Assembly (NCBI RefSeq): GCF_019636155.1
Contig: NZ_JAHBYB010000004.1
Span: 155,564 to 219,563 of the forward strand
DNA from: Brevundimonas sp.
Lineage (GTDB): Bacteria; Pseudomonadota; Alphaproteobacteria; Caulobacterales; Caulobacteraceae
Direction of reading: 5' to 3'
DNA length: 64,000 nucleotides
A model generated the notes under the pieces. The model saw only the letters and a program-made list of their open reading frames with translations. It ran no database searches and was not told the origin of the DNA. A program made the translations under genes and the position numbers. Positions 10,183-19,262 of this stretch are shown here, in pieces (position 1 is the first letter of the stretch; each line of letters opens with the position of its first letter).

Positions 10183-10202
10183 TGTGTAAGAGAGTGTGTA
10201 AG
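10183..10202 (+). repeat. Direct repeat TGTGTAAG x2 (candidate integrase arm sites)
   Basis: Copies at 10183-10190 and 10195-10202, about 60 bp inside the att fragment. Confidence 0.5.
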
Positions 10203-10408
10203 CGCTGAACAACGATCCGGGTCGCTTGCAACAAGGTCTGCCTTTTGCACCAGCCTGTTTGGACGGAGCCCTTAGCCTTCGCAGGCGGCCCGCCCCGGGG
10301 GTTGTTCAAACCCTTCGACGAGCTGGTTCAGCCAGTGATCCGGGCGGAAGTGGTCTAGTCAGCATCACCAACAAGCCGACGGCGGTGTCGGTCAGGAACA
10401 GGAATGGC

Positions 10409-11017
10409 TCACCCCGGGGGCGGCGAGTTGGCGTCCCGCTGCACCTCCCGCGCGTCGCCAAGAATGTCGAGGCCCCCCTTGGCGGCCAAGGCTGCGACTA
10501 GGACGCCGACCAGGAGATCGGGCCAAGACTGATCCAGCCACATGACCAGTCCTCCGGCGATCAGGATGCCCCCATTGGAGGCGAAGTCGTTGAGGCTGAA
10601 GGTCTCGGCCGCCTTCATGTTGACGTCGTTGCTCTGCTGCCGACGGATCAGGAGCAAGCACACCAAGTTGATAACTGCGGCCACGACCGCGAGGACCATC
10701 ATCGTGGGACCAACCGGCTCGGTTCCGGTGAGCGTCCGTCGCAGGGCGTCGAGCAGGACCAAAGCCGAGAAGATCAGCAGCATGACTCCGGAGACCTGGG
10801 CTGCGCGAGTCTTCCAGATCAGGGCTCGCCCGACGGCGATAAAACTGATCAGGTAAACGGCGGCGTCGGACCCGTTGTCGACCGCGTTAGCGAGCAAGGC
10901 GCTGGAGTCGGCGGCAAGGCCGCCGACTCCCAAGCTCACGAACAGCAGAGCGTTCAGGGCCAACACCACCAGAAGAGTGCGGCGCTGGAGCTGGTTCGTT
11001 TCGTGGGCTCCGCTCAT
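10409..11017 (-). CDS. Short cation diffusion facilitator (CDF) lacking C-terminal domain
   Basis: SSALLANAVD...D, SLND and WPDL motifs; ATG overlaps czcA stop. Confidence 0.8.
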   Translation of the reverse strand: MSGAHETNQLQRRTLLVVLALNALLFVSLGVGGLAADSSALLANAVDNGSDAAVYLISFIAVGRALIWKTRAAQVSGVMLLIFSALVLLDALRRTLTGTEPVGPTMMVLAVVAAVINLVCLLLIRRQQSNDVNMKAAETFSLNDFASNGGILIAGGLVMWLDQSWPDLLVGVLVAALAAKGGLDILGDAREVQRDANSPPPG

Positions 11018-14000
11018 TCTTCGATCCCTTCCGCTTTCCGGTGCTTCACGGCCTTGGCCGCGAAGGTGGGCAGGACCAGAAGGGTCAGGGCGGTCGCCGT
11101 CAGCAGGCCGCCGATGACGACGGTGGCCAGCGGCTTCTGCACCTCGGCTCCGGCGCCGTGAGCGATCGCCATCGGGATGAAGCCGACGATGGCGACCATG
11201 GCGGTCGTGAGCACGGCGCGAAGCCGGCTGAAGGCGCCCTCGATAGCAGCGAGGGTCGGGACTGCCCCCGCCGTCAGCCGCTCCCGAATGGCCTGCATCA
11301 GCACCAGACCGTTGAGTGTTGCAACCCCAGACACAGCGATGAAGCCGACAGCCGCTGACACCGAGAAGGGCATCCCTCTCAGCAGCAGCGCCAAGGCCCC
11401 GCCAACAAGAGCAAGCGGCACACATGCGAAGACCAGGCCGGCCTCCGCGAACGATCCCAGAGCCATGAACAGCAGAACGCCGATCAGGATGAAGACGATG
11501 GGAATGACCAGACCGAGCCTTTGCTCGGCGCGTTTCAGGTTTTCGAACTGGCCGCCCCAGTCGAGGCGCACCCCGGTCGGAAGCTGGACCTGATCGACCC
11601 GCTGCTGGGCGTCAGAAACGAAGCCGCCCAGATCGCGACCGCGCACATTGGCCTGAACGACCATACGACGGCTGCCGTCGTTGCGGCTGATCTGGTTTGG
11701 CCCCTCGGCGCTCTGGATGCGGGCGACCGAGGACAGGGGCACGGTCACCCCGGTCGAGGACACGATGGGCAGGGCTGCCAAGGCGGCCGGATCGTTGCGC
11801 GCCTCATCGGCAAGGCGGACCACCACATCGAAGCGGCGGTCGCCTTCGAAGATCCGGCCCGCTTCCGCGCCGCCGATGGCGGCCGAGACCGTCTCGGACA
11901 CGTCGGCGGCCGACAGGCCGTAGTTGGCCGCGGCGAACCGGTCGACGCTGACCGTCAGGGTCGGCAGGCCTGAGGCCTGTTCGACACGGACGTCGGCCGA
12001 ACCCGGGGTCTGGCGCAGGGCGTCCGCGACTTGGTCGGCGACCCGCTGCATCGTGGCGAAGTCGTCGCCGTAGACCATGACGGCCAGATCGGTCCTCACG
12101 CCAGAGATCAGCTCGTTGAAGCGAAGCTCAATTGGCTGGCTGAACTCGAAATTGTTGCCGATCTGCTGGGAGGCGACCTCCTCGATCCGGGCGATCAGCT
12201 GTTCCTTCTCGAGGTTTGGATCGGGCCAGTCACGCCGGTCCTTCAGAACGATGACGCTGTCGGAGATGTTCGGCGGCATCGGGTCGACAGCCGCCTCGGC
12301 TGTGCCAGTGCGTGAGAACATGGTCTCGACCTCGGGCTGGGCCGCGATGGCACGCTCCAGCGCCATCTGCATGGCGAGGGACTGCTCGAGGGAGGCCGAA
12401 GGGACCCGCAGCGCCTGCATGGCGATGTCGCCCTCGTCCAGGGTCGGGATGAACTCCCGCCCTAGGGAGGTGAAGGCGACGCCGCCGACGACGAGTGCGC
12501 CTAGAGCGGCGATCAGCACGATCTTCGGCCGATCGACCGCCGCGCGGATCGCGGGTTCGATCCAGCGCCGGGCCTTCCGTAGGATGAAGGTCTCGTGTTC
12601 GTGCGCGTGACCGTGTTCGTCGACCTCGACCTTATTGGGATCCCGCACCAGCAGCGCGGTCATGGCCGGCACGAAGGTGAAGGAGAAGATGAAGGCGCCG
12701 ACCAGGGCGAGCATCACCGTCGCCCCCATCGGGATGAAGGTCTTGCCCTCGACCCCTTCCAGCATCAGCAGGGGGGTGAAGACCAGCAGGATGATCAGCT
12801 GGCCGTAGGCGGCCGGCTTGACCATCTGCCGCGCGGCCGCGCCAGCGACCTCGAGCCTCTCGCGCCGTGTCAGCATCCGGCCGAGTTCGGCGCGGCGCTG
12901 GCTGAGCATAAGCAGGGTGTTTTCGACCACAACGACCGCGCCGTCGACCAGAAGGCCGAAGTCGAGCGCGCCGAGGCTCATCAGGTTGCCGCTGATCCCG
13001 AAGCGGTTCATGCCGATGACCGCGAACAGGAAGCTGATCGGGATCATCAGGGCCGTGATCGAGGCGGCGCGGATGTTGCCGAGCAGCAGGAACAGGACGA
13101 CGATGACCAGCAGGGCCCCTTCGGTCAGGTTGCGCGCCACCGTGGCGATGGTGGAGTTGACCAGCGCCGAGCGGTCCAGGACCGTCACCGCCTCGATGCT
13201 TGGCGGCAGGGTCTTCTGCACTTCCTCAAGTCGGTCGCCGGCCGCCTGGGCGACGGTGCGGCTGTTGCCGCCGGCGATCATCAGAGCGGTGCCGAGGACG
13301 GCCTCGTGGCCGTCACGGCTGGCGCCGCCGAGCCGCGGGGCCTGTCCGATCTCGACGGTGGCGACATCGGCGACCCGGACGACCAGGCCGCTGCGGTTCA
13401 CGACCGGCGCCTGCGCGAGGTCCTCGATCGTGAGAGCCAGGGCGTCGGTCCTGACGGTCAGGGCTTCGCCGGCCCGCTGGACGTAGCCGGCGCCGGCCTG
13501 GGTGTTGGCTCGATCGAGCGCCTGGATCAGGTCGCCCATGCCGAGGCCATAGGCCGACAGTCGGGCCGCGTCCGGACGGACGGCGTATTCCTTCACATAG
13601 CCGCCGACGGTGTCGACGCCGGCCAGGCCGGGTGCGGTCCGCATCTGCGGGGCGATGATCCAGTCCTGCACGGTCCGCAGATAGGTGGCGCGCGCCTGGG
13701 GCGTGGTGAGGAGTTCGCCTTCGGGCGTAAGGTAGTCCCCGCCCGCCTGCCAGCCCGGCTGGCCCGGACGTGCGAGGTTCTCGGAGTTGAACGGCCTATA
13801 ATCAACCGTCCACATCAGCACCTCGCCAAGACCCGTCGTGATCGGGGCCAGAGCCGGCTCGACCCCGTCGGGCATGGACTCGCGGGCCTGGGCCAACCGC
13901 TCGGCCACCTGCTGGCGGGCGAAATAGATGTCGGTCTGGTCGGTGAAGATGACCGTGACCTGACTGAAGCCGTTGCGGCTCAGGGAGCGGGTCGAGGTCA

Positions 14001-14235
14001 GGCCGGGAATCCCGGCCATCGCCGTCTCCAGCGGATAGGTGACCTGCCGCTCGATCTGCTCCGGCGCGAGCGCCGGGGCGACGGTGGTGATCTGAACCTG
14101 CCGGTTGGTGATGTCCGGGACGGCGTCAATCGGCAGTTTGGTGAGGTTGAACAGACCCACGGCCGCGACCAGGGCCGTGGCGAGAACCACGAACCAGCGG
14201 AAGCGGACGGAGGCCTCGATAATGGCTTTGAACAT
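11014..14235 (-). CDS. czcA: CusA/CzcA heavy-metal RND efflux transporter
   Basis: 1073 aa; LPIDAVPDIT, DFGLLVDGAVVVVEN and RAVLTTAMVA motifs. Confidence 0.93.
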   Translation of the reverse strand: MFKAIIEASVRFRWFVVLATALVAAVGLFNLTKLPIDAVPDITNRQVQITTVAPALAPEQIERQVTYPLETAMAGIPGLTSTRSLSRNGFSQVTVIFTDQTDIYFARQQVAERLAQARESMPDGVEPALAPITTGLGEVLMWTVDYRPFNSENLARPGQPGWQAGGDYLTPEGELLTTPQARATYLRTVQDWIIAPQMRTAPGLAGVDTVGGYVKEYAVRPDAARLSAYGLGMGDLIQALDRANTQAGAGYVQRAGEALTVRTDALALTIEDLAQAPVVNRSGLVVRVADVATVEIGQAPRLGGASRDGHEAVLGTALMIAGGNSRTVAQAAGDRLEEVQKTLPPSIEAVTVLDRSALVNSTIATVARNLTEGALLVIVVLFLLLGNIRAASITALMIPISFLFAVIGMNRFGISGNLMSLGALDFGLLVDGAVVVVENTLLMLSQRRAELGRMLTRRERLEVAGAAARQMVKPAAYGQLIILLVFTPLLMLEGVEGKTFIPMGATVMLALVGAFIFSFTFVPAMTALLVRDPNKVEVDEHGHAHEHETFILRKARRWIEPAIRAAVDRPKIVLIAALGALVVGGVAFTSLGREFIPTLDEGDIAMQALRVPSASLEQSLAMQMALERAIAAQPEVETMFSRTGTAEAAVDPMPPNISDSVIVLKDRRDWPDPNLEKEQLIARIEEVASQQIGNNFEFSQPIELRFNELISGVRTDLAVMVYGDDFATMQRVADQVADALRQTPGSADVRVEQASGLPTLTVSVDRFAAANYGLSAADVSETVSAAIGGAEAGRIFEGDRRFDVVVRLADEARNDPAALAALPIVSSTGVTVPLSSVARIQSAEGPNQISRNDGSRRMVVQANVRGRDLGGFVSDAQQRVDQVQLPTGVRLDWGGQFENLKRAEQRLGLVIPIVFILIGVLLFMALGSFAEAGLVFACVPLALVGGALALLLRGMPFSVSAAVGFIAVSGVATLNGLVLMQAIRERLTAGAVPTLAAIEGAFSRLRAVLTTAMVAIVGFIPMAIAHGAGAEVQKPLATVVIGGLLTATALTLLVLPTFAAKAVKHRKAEGIEE

Positions 14236-14246
14236 TCGATGCCTCC

Positions 14247-15431
14247 CTAGTGGCCGTGCTCGGCTTCGCCCTTGGCCACCTCAGCCTTGAGCAGGAAGGC
14301 GTTGGCGGCGGCGATGCGTTCGCTGCCGGTCAGGCCCCGCAGGATCTCCGTGCGGCCGGCCGCCTGGCGTCCCACCAGGACGGGGGTGGCCTGGAAGCCG
14401 CCCTCGACCTGGACGAACACGACGGTGTTCCCTTCGACGGTGTGGACCGCCTCGGTCGGGACGGTCAGACCGCCGGTGGCCTGACCGGTCACGACCGCGC
14501 CGGTTACGGCGGAGCCGGCCGGAGGGAGGCCGGCGCCAACCGGGCGGGCGCGAATGAGGGTCGCGCCGCTGTCGCCCGTACCGGCGTCGGCGGCGACCCC
14601 GGTGACGACCGCGTCGAACTCGCCGTTCGGTCCGGTGACCCGCATGGCGGACCCCGCCCGAACATTGGCGGCCAAGGCCGGCGGTGCGTTGAACACCATC
14701 TCGACGCGGGCAGGATTGCTGACCTCGGCGACCACGCCGCCTTGGGCGACGAAGCCGCCGGGTCCGACCTGCACGCTACTCACGACCCCCGAGATGGGAC
14801 TGGTTACGCTCAATCGTCCGGACGCGTTCGGCGAGCCGGCCGCGCTGGAACGTGCGCGGGCGGCGCGGGTCGCCGCTTCGGCGCTCAGCAGTTGGGCGCG
14901 GGAGGCCTCCACCTCCTGCCGGGCGACGATGCCTTGGTCGGCGAGGTTGCGATTGCGCTGATAGGCCTGTCGCGCCGCCTCGGCCTCGGCAGCCGCCGCA
15001 TCGGCTTCCGCCCGGAAGGTCGCCGCCTCGCCGCTCACGACGCTGACCAAGGGCTGGCCGACGCGAACAGACTGGCCGGGCGCGACCAGGACGCGTTCGA
15101 TCCGGCCGCCCACCGCCGCAGCGACCGCGGCCCGGGCATCGACCATGGGCTCGACCCGACCGGCGAGACGGGTCTCTCCACCGCCTCCCTGGCCGACACT
15201 TACCACCGTGATGCCGGCAGCCTGTATCTGCGCGGCCGAGAGTTCGATCCGTCCCTCGGGCGCCTCGCCTTCAGGACCGGGCTCGCTCTCGGCATGAGCG
15301 GCCTCGCCTTGCGATGCGGCGGGGGCCGGCTCCGACCGCTGGGCGGTGAGCCAGAGACCGCCGCCACCGAAAATCACCAGGGCGGCGACGCCGCCGATCA
15401 GCAGGGTCTTGTTGGACGTGATCTTTCGCAT
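14247..15431 (-). CDS. czcB: RND membrane fusion protein
   Basis: N-terminal anchor, lipoyl-like G.V..V.V..G halves, position between czcC and czcA. Confidence 0.85.
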   Translation of the reverse strand: MRKITSNKTLLIGGVAALVIFGGGGLWLTAQRSEPAPAASQGEAAHAESEPGPEGEAPEGRIELSAAQIQAAGITVVSVGQGGGGETRLAGRVEPMVDARAAVAAAVGGRIERVLVAPGQSVRVGQPLVSVVSGEAATFRAEADAAAAEAEAARQAYQRNRNLADQGIVARQEVEASRAQLLSAEAATRAARARSSAAGSPNASGRLSVTSPISGVVSSVQVGPGGFVAQGGVVAEVSNPARVEMVFNAPPALAANVRAGSAMRVTGPNGEFDAVVTGVAADAGTGDSGATLIRARPVGAGLPPAGSAVTGAVVTGQATGGLTVPTEAVHTVEGNTVVFVQVEGGFQATPVLVGRQAAGRTEILRGLTGSERIAAANAFLLKAEVAKGEAEHGH

Positions 15432-16684
15432 CACTGGGCTCCTTGGAACGGGGCGCGGCCATCCAGGCGCGCGAGATCGATCTCGGCGCGCACGCGCGCG
15501 AGACGGGCGTCGACCGCGGCGGACCGCGCGTTGATGAGGGCGGTACGGGTGACGCGCAGCTCGACCTGCGAGATGCGCCCGGCCTCGAAGCCGATCCGCG
15601 ACAGGCGATAGGCTTCCTCGGCCGCGGTGACGCCGCCGTCGGCGGCCCGCACGCGGCTGGCCGAAGCCGACAGGCGCGCCACGGCGGCGGCGCGGTCGGC
15701 CTGCGCCTCCTGCCGGGCCGACATCAGACGCGCGTCCGCTGCGCGAAACTCGGCCTGTGCCGCCTCGATGTTCCCCCGGTTCCGGTCGAACAGGGGCAGA
15801 GGCATGCTGATCCCGAAAGTCAGGGCCGTGGCGTCCTCCGCCTCGAAACGACGGATGCCCACGCTCGCATTTATGTCCGGCCGGACCTGGGTGCGCTGCA
15901 CGTCGATCCGGCGCTCGGCGGCCGAACGTTGCGCCTCGGCGACGCGCACCGTGGGAGCGTCGCCGATGACCGAGCGCCCGGTCATCGGCGCCTCGTCCAG
16001 CAGGCTCACGTCGATGCTCGTCACCGGCACAGGGATCATCGCCACGGCGGTGAGGCGGGCATAGGCCGCGTCGCGTTCCGCGACCGCCTCGTCGAAGGTC
16101 GCCCGAGCCGAGGCGGCTTCTGCCTCGCCCTGGATGCCGCGCAGCAGGGGTTCGCGTCCTTCCTCGACCAGGGCCAGGGCCGCGCGGGCGTCCGCCACGG
16201 TAAGATTGAGGGCCTCCTCCGCCAAGGTCGCCCGGCGCTGGGCGGCTTCGGCTTCGGCATAGACCAGGGCCAGACGGCCGGCCGCGTCGATCACCGCAAG
16301 ATCGCGCTCCACGCCGACAGCGCCGGCCTCGGCGCGGGCGGCGGCGATCCGCGCCGGCCTGCGTCCCCAGAGCTCGAGATCCTGGCTCAGCGCCAGGGTC
16401 GTGTCGGCGTTGTCCATTCCGGAGAAGGGACCCGAGCCGAACGCATTCTCGACATCGAGCCCCAGCACCGGATTGGGGCGCACGCCCGCCTGCCGGACGC
16501 GGGCTTCCGCGGCGTCGTAGTTGGCGCCGGCCTCGAGGGCGGCGGGGGTTTGGCCGAGCTGGGAGAGCAACTCGGCATAGGTCGGGGCGGGGTCAGCCCA
16601 AGCGGGACTGGCCAGGGTCGCCGTGAGGGCGACGAGCGCGCAGCCCACCGCGAGACGCGGTCGCCGGCGAAACGAGGGAGACAT
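15431..16684 (-). CDS. czcC: TolC-family outer membrane factor
   Basis: Signal peptide, PNPVL and PLPLFDRNRGNI motifs. Confidence 0.88.
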   Translation of the reverse strand: MSPSFRRRPRLAVGCALVALTATLASPAWADPAPTYAELLSQLGQTPAALEAGANYDAAEARVRQAGVRPNPVLGLDVENAFGSGPFSGMDNADTTLALSQDLELWGRRPARIAAARAEAGAVGVERDLAVIDAAGRLALVYAEAEAAQRRATLAEEALNLTVADARAALALVEEGREPLLRGIQGEAEAASARATFDEAVAERDAAYARLTAVAMIPVPVTSIDVSLLDEAPMTGRSVIGDAPTVRVAEAQRSAAERRIDVQRTQVRPDINASVGIRRFEAEDATALTFGISMPLPLFDRNRGNIEAAQAEFRAADARLMSARQEAQADRAAAVARLSASASRVRAADGGVTAAEEAYRLSRIGFEAGRISQVELRVTRTALINARSAAVDARLARVRAEIDLARLDGRAPFQGAQ

Positions 16685-16741
16685 GTTCCATTTCCAGATT
16701 TCTGATCACGAAGAGGCGCCCGCGCGGGCGCAGGTCTCCGG

Positions 16742-17086
16742 TCAGAGTCTGGGCGGTCGCTTCAAACCTTCGGGCGCGAACGAAGCCCGGAAATCGTCCT
16801 GTCGGCCGCCTCGCAGCGGCGCTTCGCCGAAGGCGGCCGCGATCGGTTCCGCCCCTTGGGCTCGAGCGGTGGCGGTATGGTGACAGTGGCCGTGGGCGCA
16901 GATGCCGTGACCGCCCATCTTGCTGCTGTGGTCTCCTTCGCCTGGATCGTGTTCGGCCACGGCATGGGCGGCCGGAGGCTCCGGGATGCACGTCGCGGCA
17001 TCAACGGCGGGCGCGAGGAAAAAGGCGGCGAAGCCAAGTGTCATCGCCACAATCAACTTCGCCCATGTCGTCGTCGACCAGGTCAT
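16742..17086 (-). CDS. CzcI-like His/Cys-rich leader protein
   Basis: TM/signal segment, CAHGHCHH, C-terminal EGLKRPPRL; GGAG RBS; directly upstream of czcC. Confidence 0.65.
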   Translation of the reverse strand: MTWSTTTWAKLIVAMTLGFAAFFLAPAVDAATCIPEPPAAHAVAEHDPGEGDHSSKMGGHGICAHGHCHHTATARAQGAEPIAAAFGEAPLRGGRQDDFRASFAPEGLKRPPRL

Positions 17087-17297
17087 CGCGCGCTCCATAC
17101 TATCGTTCGGGGCCCCAGCCAATGTGTTACACAGTACGTTACAGAGGCTGCTTGTCCCGCTAGGGCGGGAGACCGGCCGATGAATGCGCCTGTGCGACGC
17201 CACGTTGGAGGCGGCTCGCCTGAGCTTGACCGGGCCCGCGCGTTAACGTCGGCGCGATGAGCGCTTCCACAGAGGGCGGTGCTGTGTCGGGCGGCAA

Positions 17298-17969
17298 TCA
17301 TGCCGGCCTCCCGGCAGGCTCGCGCCTTCTGACGCCACGAGCTTCCTCAAGCGCCTGACGTGTGATCGACCAGGCGGAATGCAGGAAGATCCCCGCCAAC
17401 AGCGCGCCCGCAACCAGATCGGGCCAACGCGAGCCCGTCAGCCAGACCAACCCGCCTGCCGCAGCCACGCCAAGGCTGTGGATCAGATCGTTTCTTGTGC
17501 AGAGCCAAACGGATCGCACGTTGGCGTCGCCGTCCCGGAAGCGAATGAGCAAGGCCGCGGCCAGTAGATTGGCCGCGAATCCGAAAGCGCCAAGCCCGGT
17601 GATGACAACTCCCTCTGGCGCTGCGCCCGTCAGAGCCCGCCATGTCGCGAACGCGAGCACGCCGACACCAAGCGCTGCAAGGCTCGCGCTCTTCACGAGC
17701 GCCGCAGTCGCGCGGACCTGAACAGAACGCCCTATGACCCAGAGGCTCACGGTGTAGGTGACGCTGTCCGCGAGGAAGTCCAACGCATTCGCCGCGAGCG
17801 CGGCAGATCCCTGGGCGATGCTTCCGATCAGGACGGCGCCGAAGCCGACGAGGTTGATGGCTATCACGCTGACCAGCACGCGCCGGTAGGCAGGCGACGC
17901 ACCGTCAAACTTAACCGCAGACCCGCAACACCCTACGGCCGACCCGCATGAGGCTTCATTCTGTTCCAT
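17298..17969 (-). CDS. Second short CDF cation transporter
   Basis: ANALDFLAD, RSVWLCTRND and WPDL motifs; N-terminal CGSAVGCC. Confidence 0.82.
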   Translation of the reverse strand: MEQNEASCGSAVGCCGSAVKFDGASPAYRRVLVSVIAINLVGFGAVLIGSIAQGSAALAANALDFLADSVTYTVSLWVIGRSVQVRATAALVKSASLAALGVGVLAFATWRALTGAAPEGVVITGLGAFGFAANLLAAALLIRFRDGDANVRSVWLCTRNDLIHSLGVAAAGGLVWLTGSRWPDLVAGALLAGIFLHSAWSITRQALEEARGVRRREPAGRPA

Positions 17970-17975
17970 GAAACC

Positions 17976-18006
17976 TGCCTACATGCTCTAGTCACTAGAG
18001 GATCAA
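17976..18006 (-). promoter_or_regulatory. MerR-type promoter/operator for the CDF gene
   Basis: TTGATC-19 bp-TAGGCA enclosing the 7-1-7 palindrome CTCTAGT-N-ACTAGAG (17986-18000). Confidence 0.8.
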
Positions 18007-18023
18007 GCGCCTATTTTCCCCTC

Positions 18024-18446
18024 ATGGCCGCCACTGCTCTCCTCACCATCGGCAAGCTCTCCGCCGCGACGGGCGTGAAGATTCCTACGATCCGTTTCTA
18101 CGAACAGGCCGGTTTGTTGCCCGCGCCGCCACGGACCGCGAGCGATCGAAGACTGTACGATGACGCTGGCCTTCGCCGGCTCGCCTTCATTCGCCATGCA
18201 CGCCAACTGGGCTTCGATCTGGATGCGATCCGCTCTCTTCTCGATCTGGCGGACCAGCCGGACCGCACCTGCGCGGAAGCGAACCGGATTGCGGAGCAGC
18301 ACCTCAGGGCGGTTTCGGAAAAGATTCGACAGCTGAAGGCGCTTGAACGCGAACTGTCACGCATGACGGCGGACTGCGCCGGCGGGCAGGTGTCCGCCTG
18401 CAAGGTGATCGAGGTCCTGCAGGATGCGACTTGTCCGCACCACTGA
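18024..18446 (+). CDS. MerR family metal regulator (CadR/ZntR/PbrR-like)
   Basis: TIRFYEQAGLL HTH; Cys at RTC, DC, AC and C-terminal CPHH. Confidence 0.9.
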   Translation: MAATALLTIGKLSAATGVKIPTIRFYEQAGLLPAPPRTASDRRLYDDAGLRRLAFIRHARQLGFDLDAIRSLLDLADQPDRTCAEANRIAEQHLRAVSEKIRQLKALERELSRMTADCAGGQVSACKVIEVLQDATCPHH

Positions 18447-18625
18447 CGCGTCACGAGGGCTCGGTGAAAGGAGGCTGCCGGGGCGCCCTCCCCGCTGGAC
18501 CTTCCGCGAGGGGAAACCTGGAACTCCGCCTCGCGAGTTCAGGAACAGAAAGGGCGGCAGTCCTGAGCCGGCGGACGCACGGCGGCAGCGATCAGGACTA
18601 AAACGCCCGGCTTCCGGCCAGGACG

Positions 18626-18850
18626 TCAGCTATGAGGCACGGTTTCCGGCGCGGAGGTCGAAGCCGAACCGGTCGCCGGCTGCGACGGCGGCGCCGGTTC
18701 TTCCTGAGCTGAAGGGGTCTCGTCACAGCACTTCATCTCGGCGTCGGCCGCCATGTCCTTGCAGCATTCGCAGCCTTCGGCCGCGAGCGCCGCGCCAGCG
18801 CTCAGCACGAACGCCGCCCCGGCCGCCGCCAGCAGTTTGGAAACATTCAT
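18626..18850 (-). CDS. Small secreted Cys/Met-rich protein
   Basis: Signal peptide ending ALA, mature GCECCKDMAADAEMKCCD; GGAGG RBS; last gene of the copAB unit. Confidence 0.65.
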   Translation of the reverse strand: MNVSKLLAAAGAAFVLSAGAALAAEGCECCKDMAADAEMKCCDETPSAQEEPAPPSQPATGSASTSAPETVPHS

Positions 18851-18860
18851 CGTCGTCCTC

Positions 18861-19244
18861 CTAGTGAACCATGAAGCGAATTGAGCCGGACATCTCGTGG
18901 CCGTCCGCGCCTTCGGCGGTCCACGCCGCGGTATAGGTCCCCGGCGCGAGGCGCGGCAACGCAACCTCGACGGTCGATTCGGCCGCGGCCGCTGGGACAT
19001 CGACGACGATCGGTGCCTGACCCTGCGCAGTAAAAGTCACCGTCTTCAGGATCATCGGATGGGGAAAGGTCACGCTGAACCGCTCAGGCGAGCCATGGGT
19101 CATCGCGCCGTCAGCGGGGACCGTTGTGACGCCCGACTGGGGCGCTGCCGCCGGGGCCTGCATGGTGTGGCCCGCATGCGGATCCTGCGCGGCGGCGGCT
19201 CCGGCGAACGCGAGCGCGGCTGTGATGGCGAGAGTGCGGATCAT
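18861..19244 (-). CDS. CopC-like periplasmic copper-binding protein
   Basis: Signal peptide, QDPHAGH, LAPGTYTAAW...DGHEMSG. Confidence 0.75.
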   Translation of the reverse strand: MIRTLAITAALAFAGAAAAQDPHAGHTMQAPAAAPQSGVTTVPADGAMTHGSPERFSVTFPHPMILKTVTFTAQGQAPIVVDVPAAAAESTVEVALPRLAPGTYTAAWTAEGADGHEMSGSIRFMVH

Positions 19245-19262
19245 GGGAAGGTCTCCTTCAAT

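Noticed and set aside
10203-10408. Short hydrophobic reading (PFLFLTDTAVGLLVML) after the CDF stop
   Set aside because: No start or RBS; at most an unidentifiable remnant.
18506-18532. CGAGGGGAAA as a CnrH-like -35
   Set aside because: No GCGTA box at the conserved distance.
18447-18625. Possible riboswitch or sRNA (two hairpins, about 18517-18543 and 18559-18599)
   Set aside because: No match to an RNA family I know; the position between convergent genes fits terminators.
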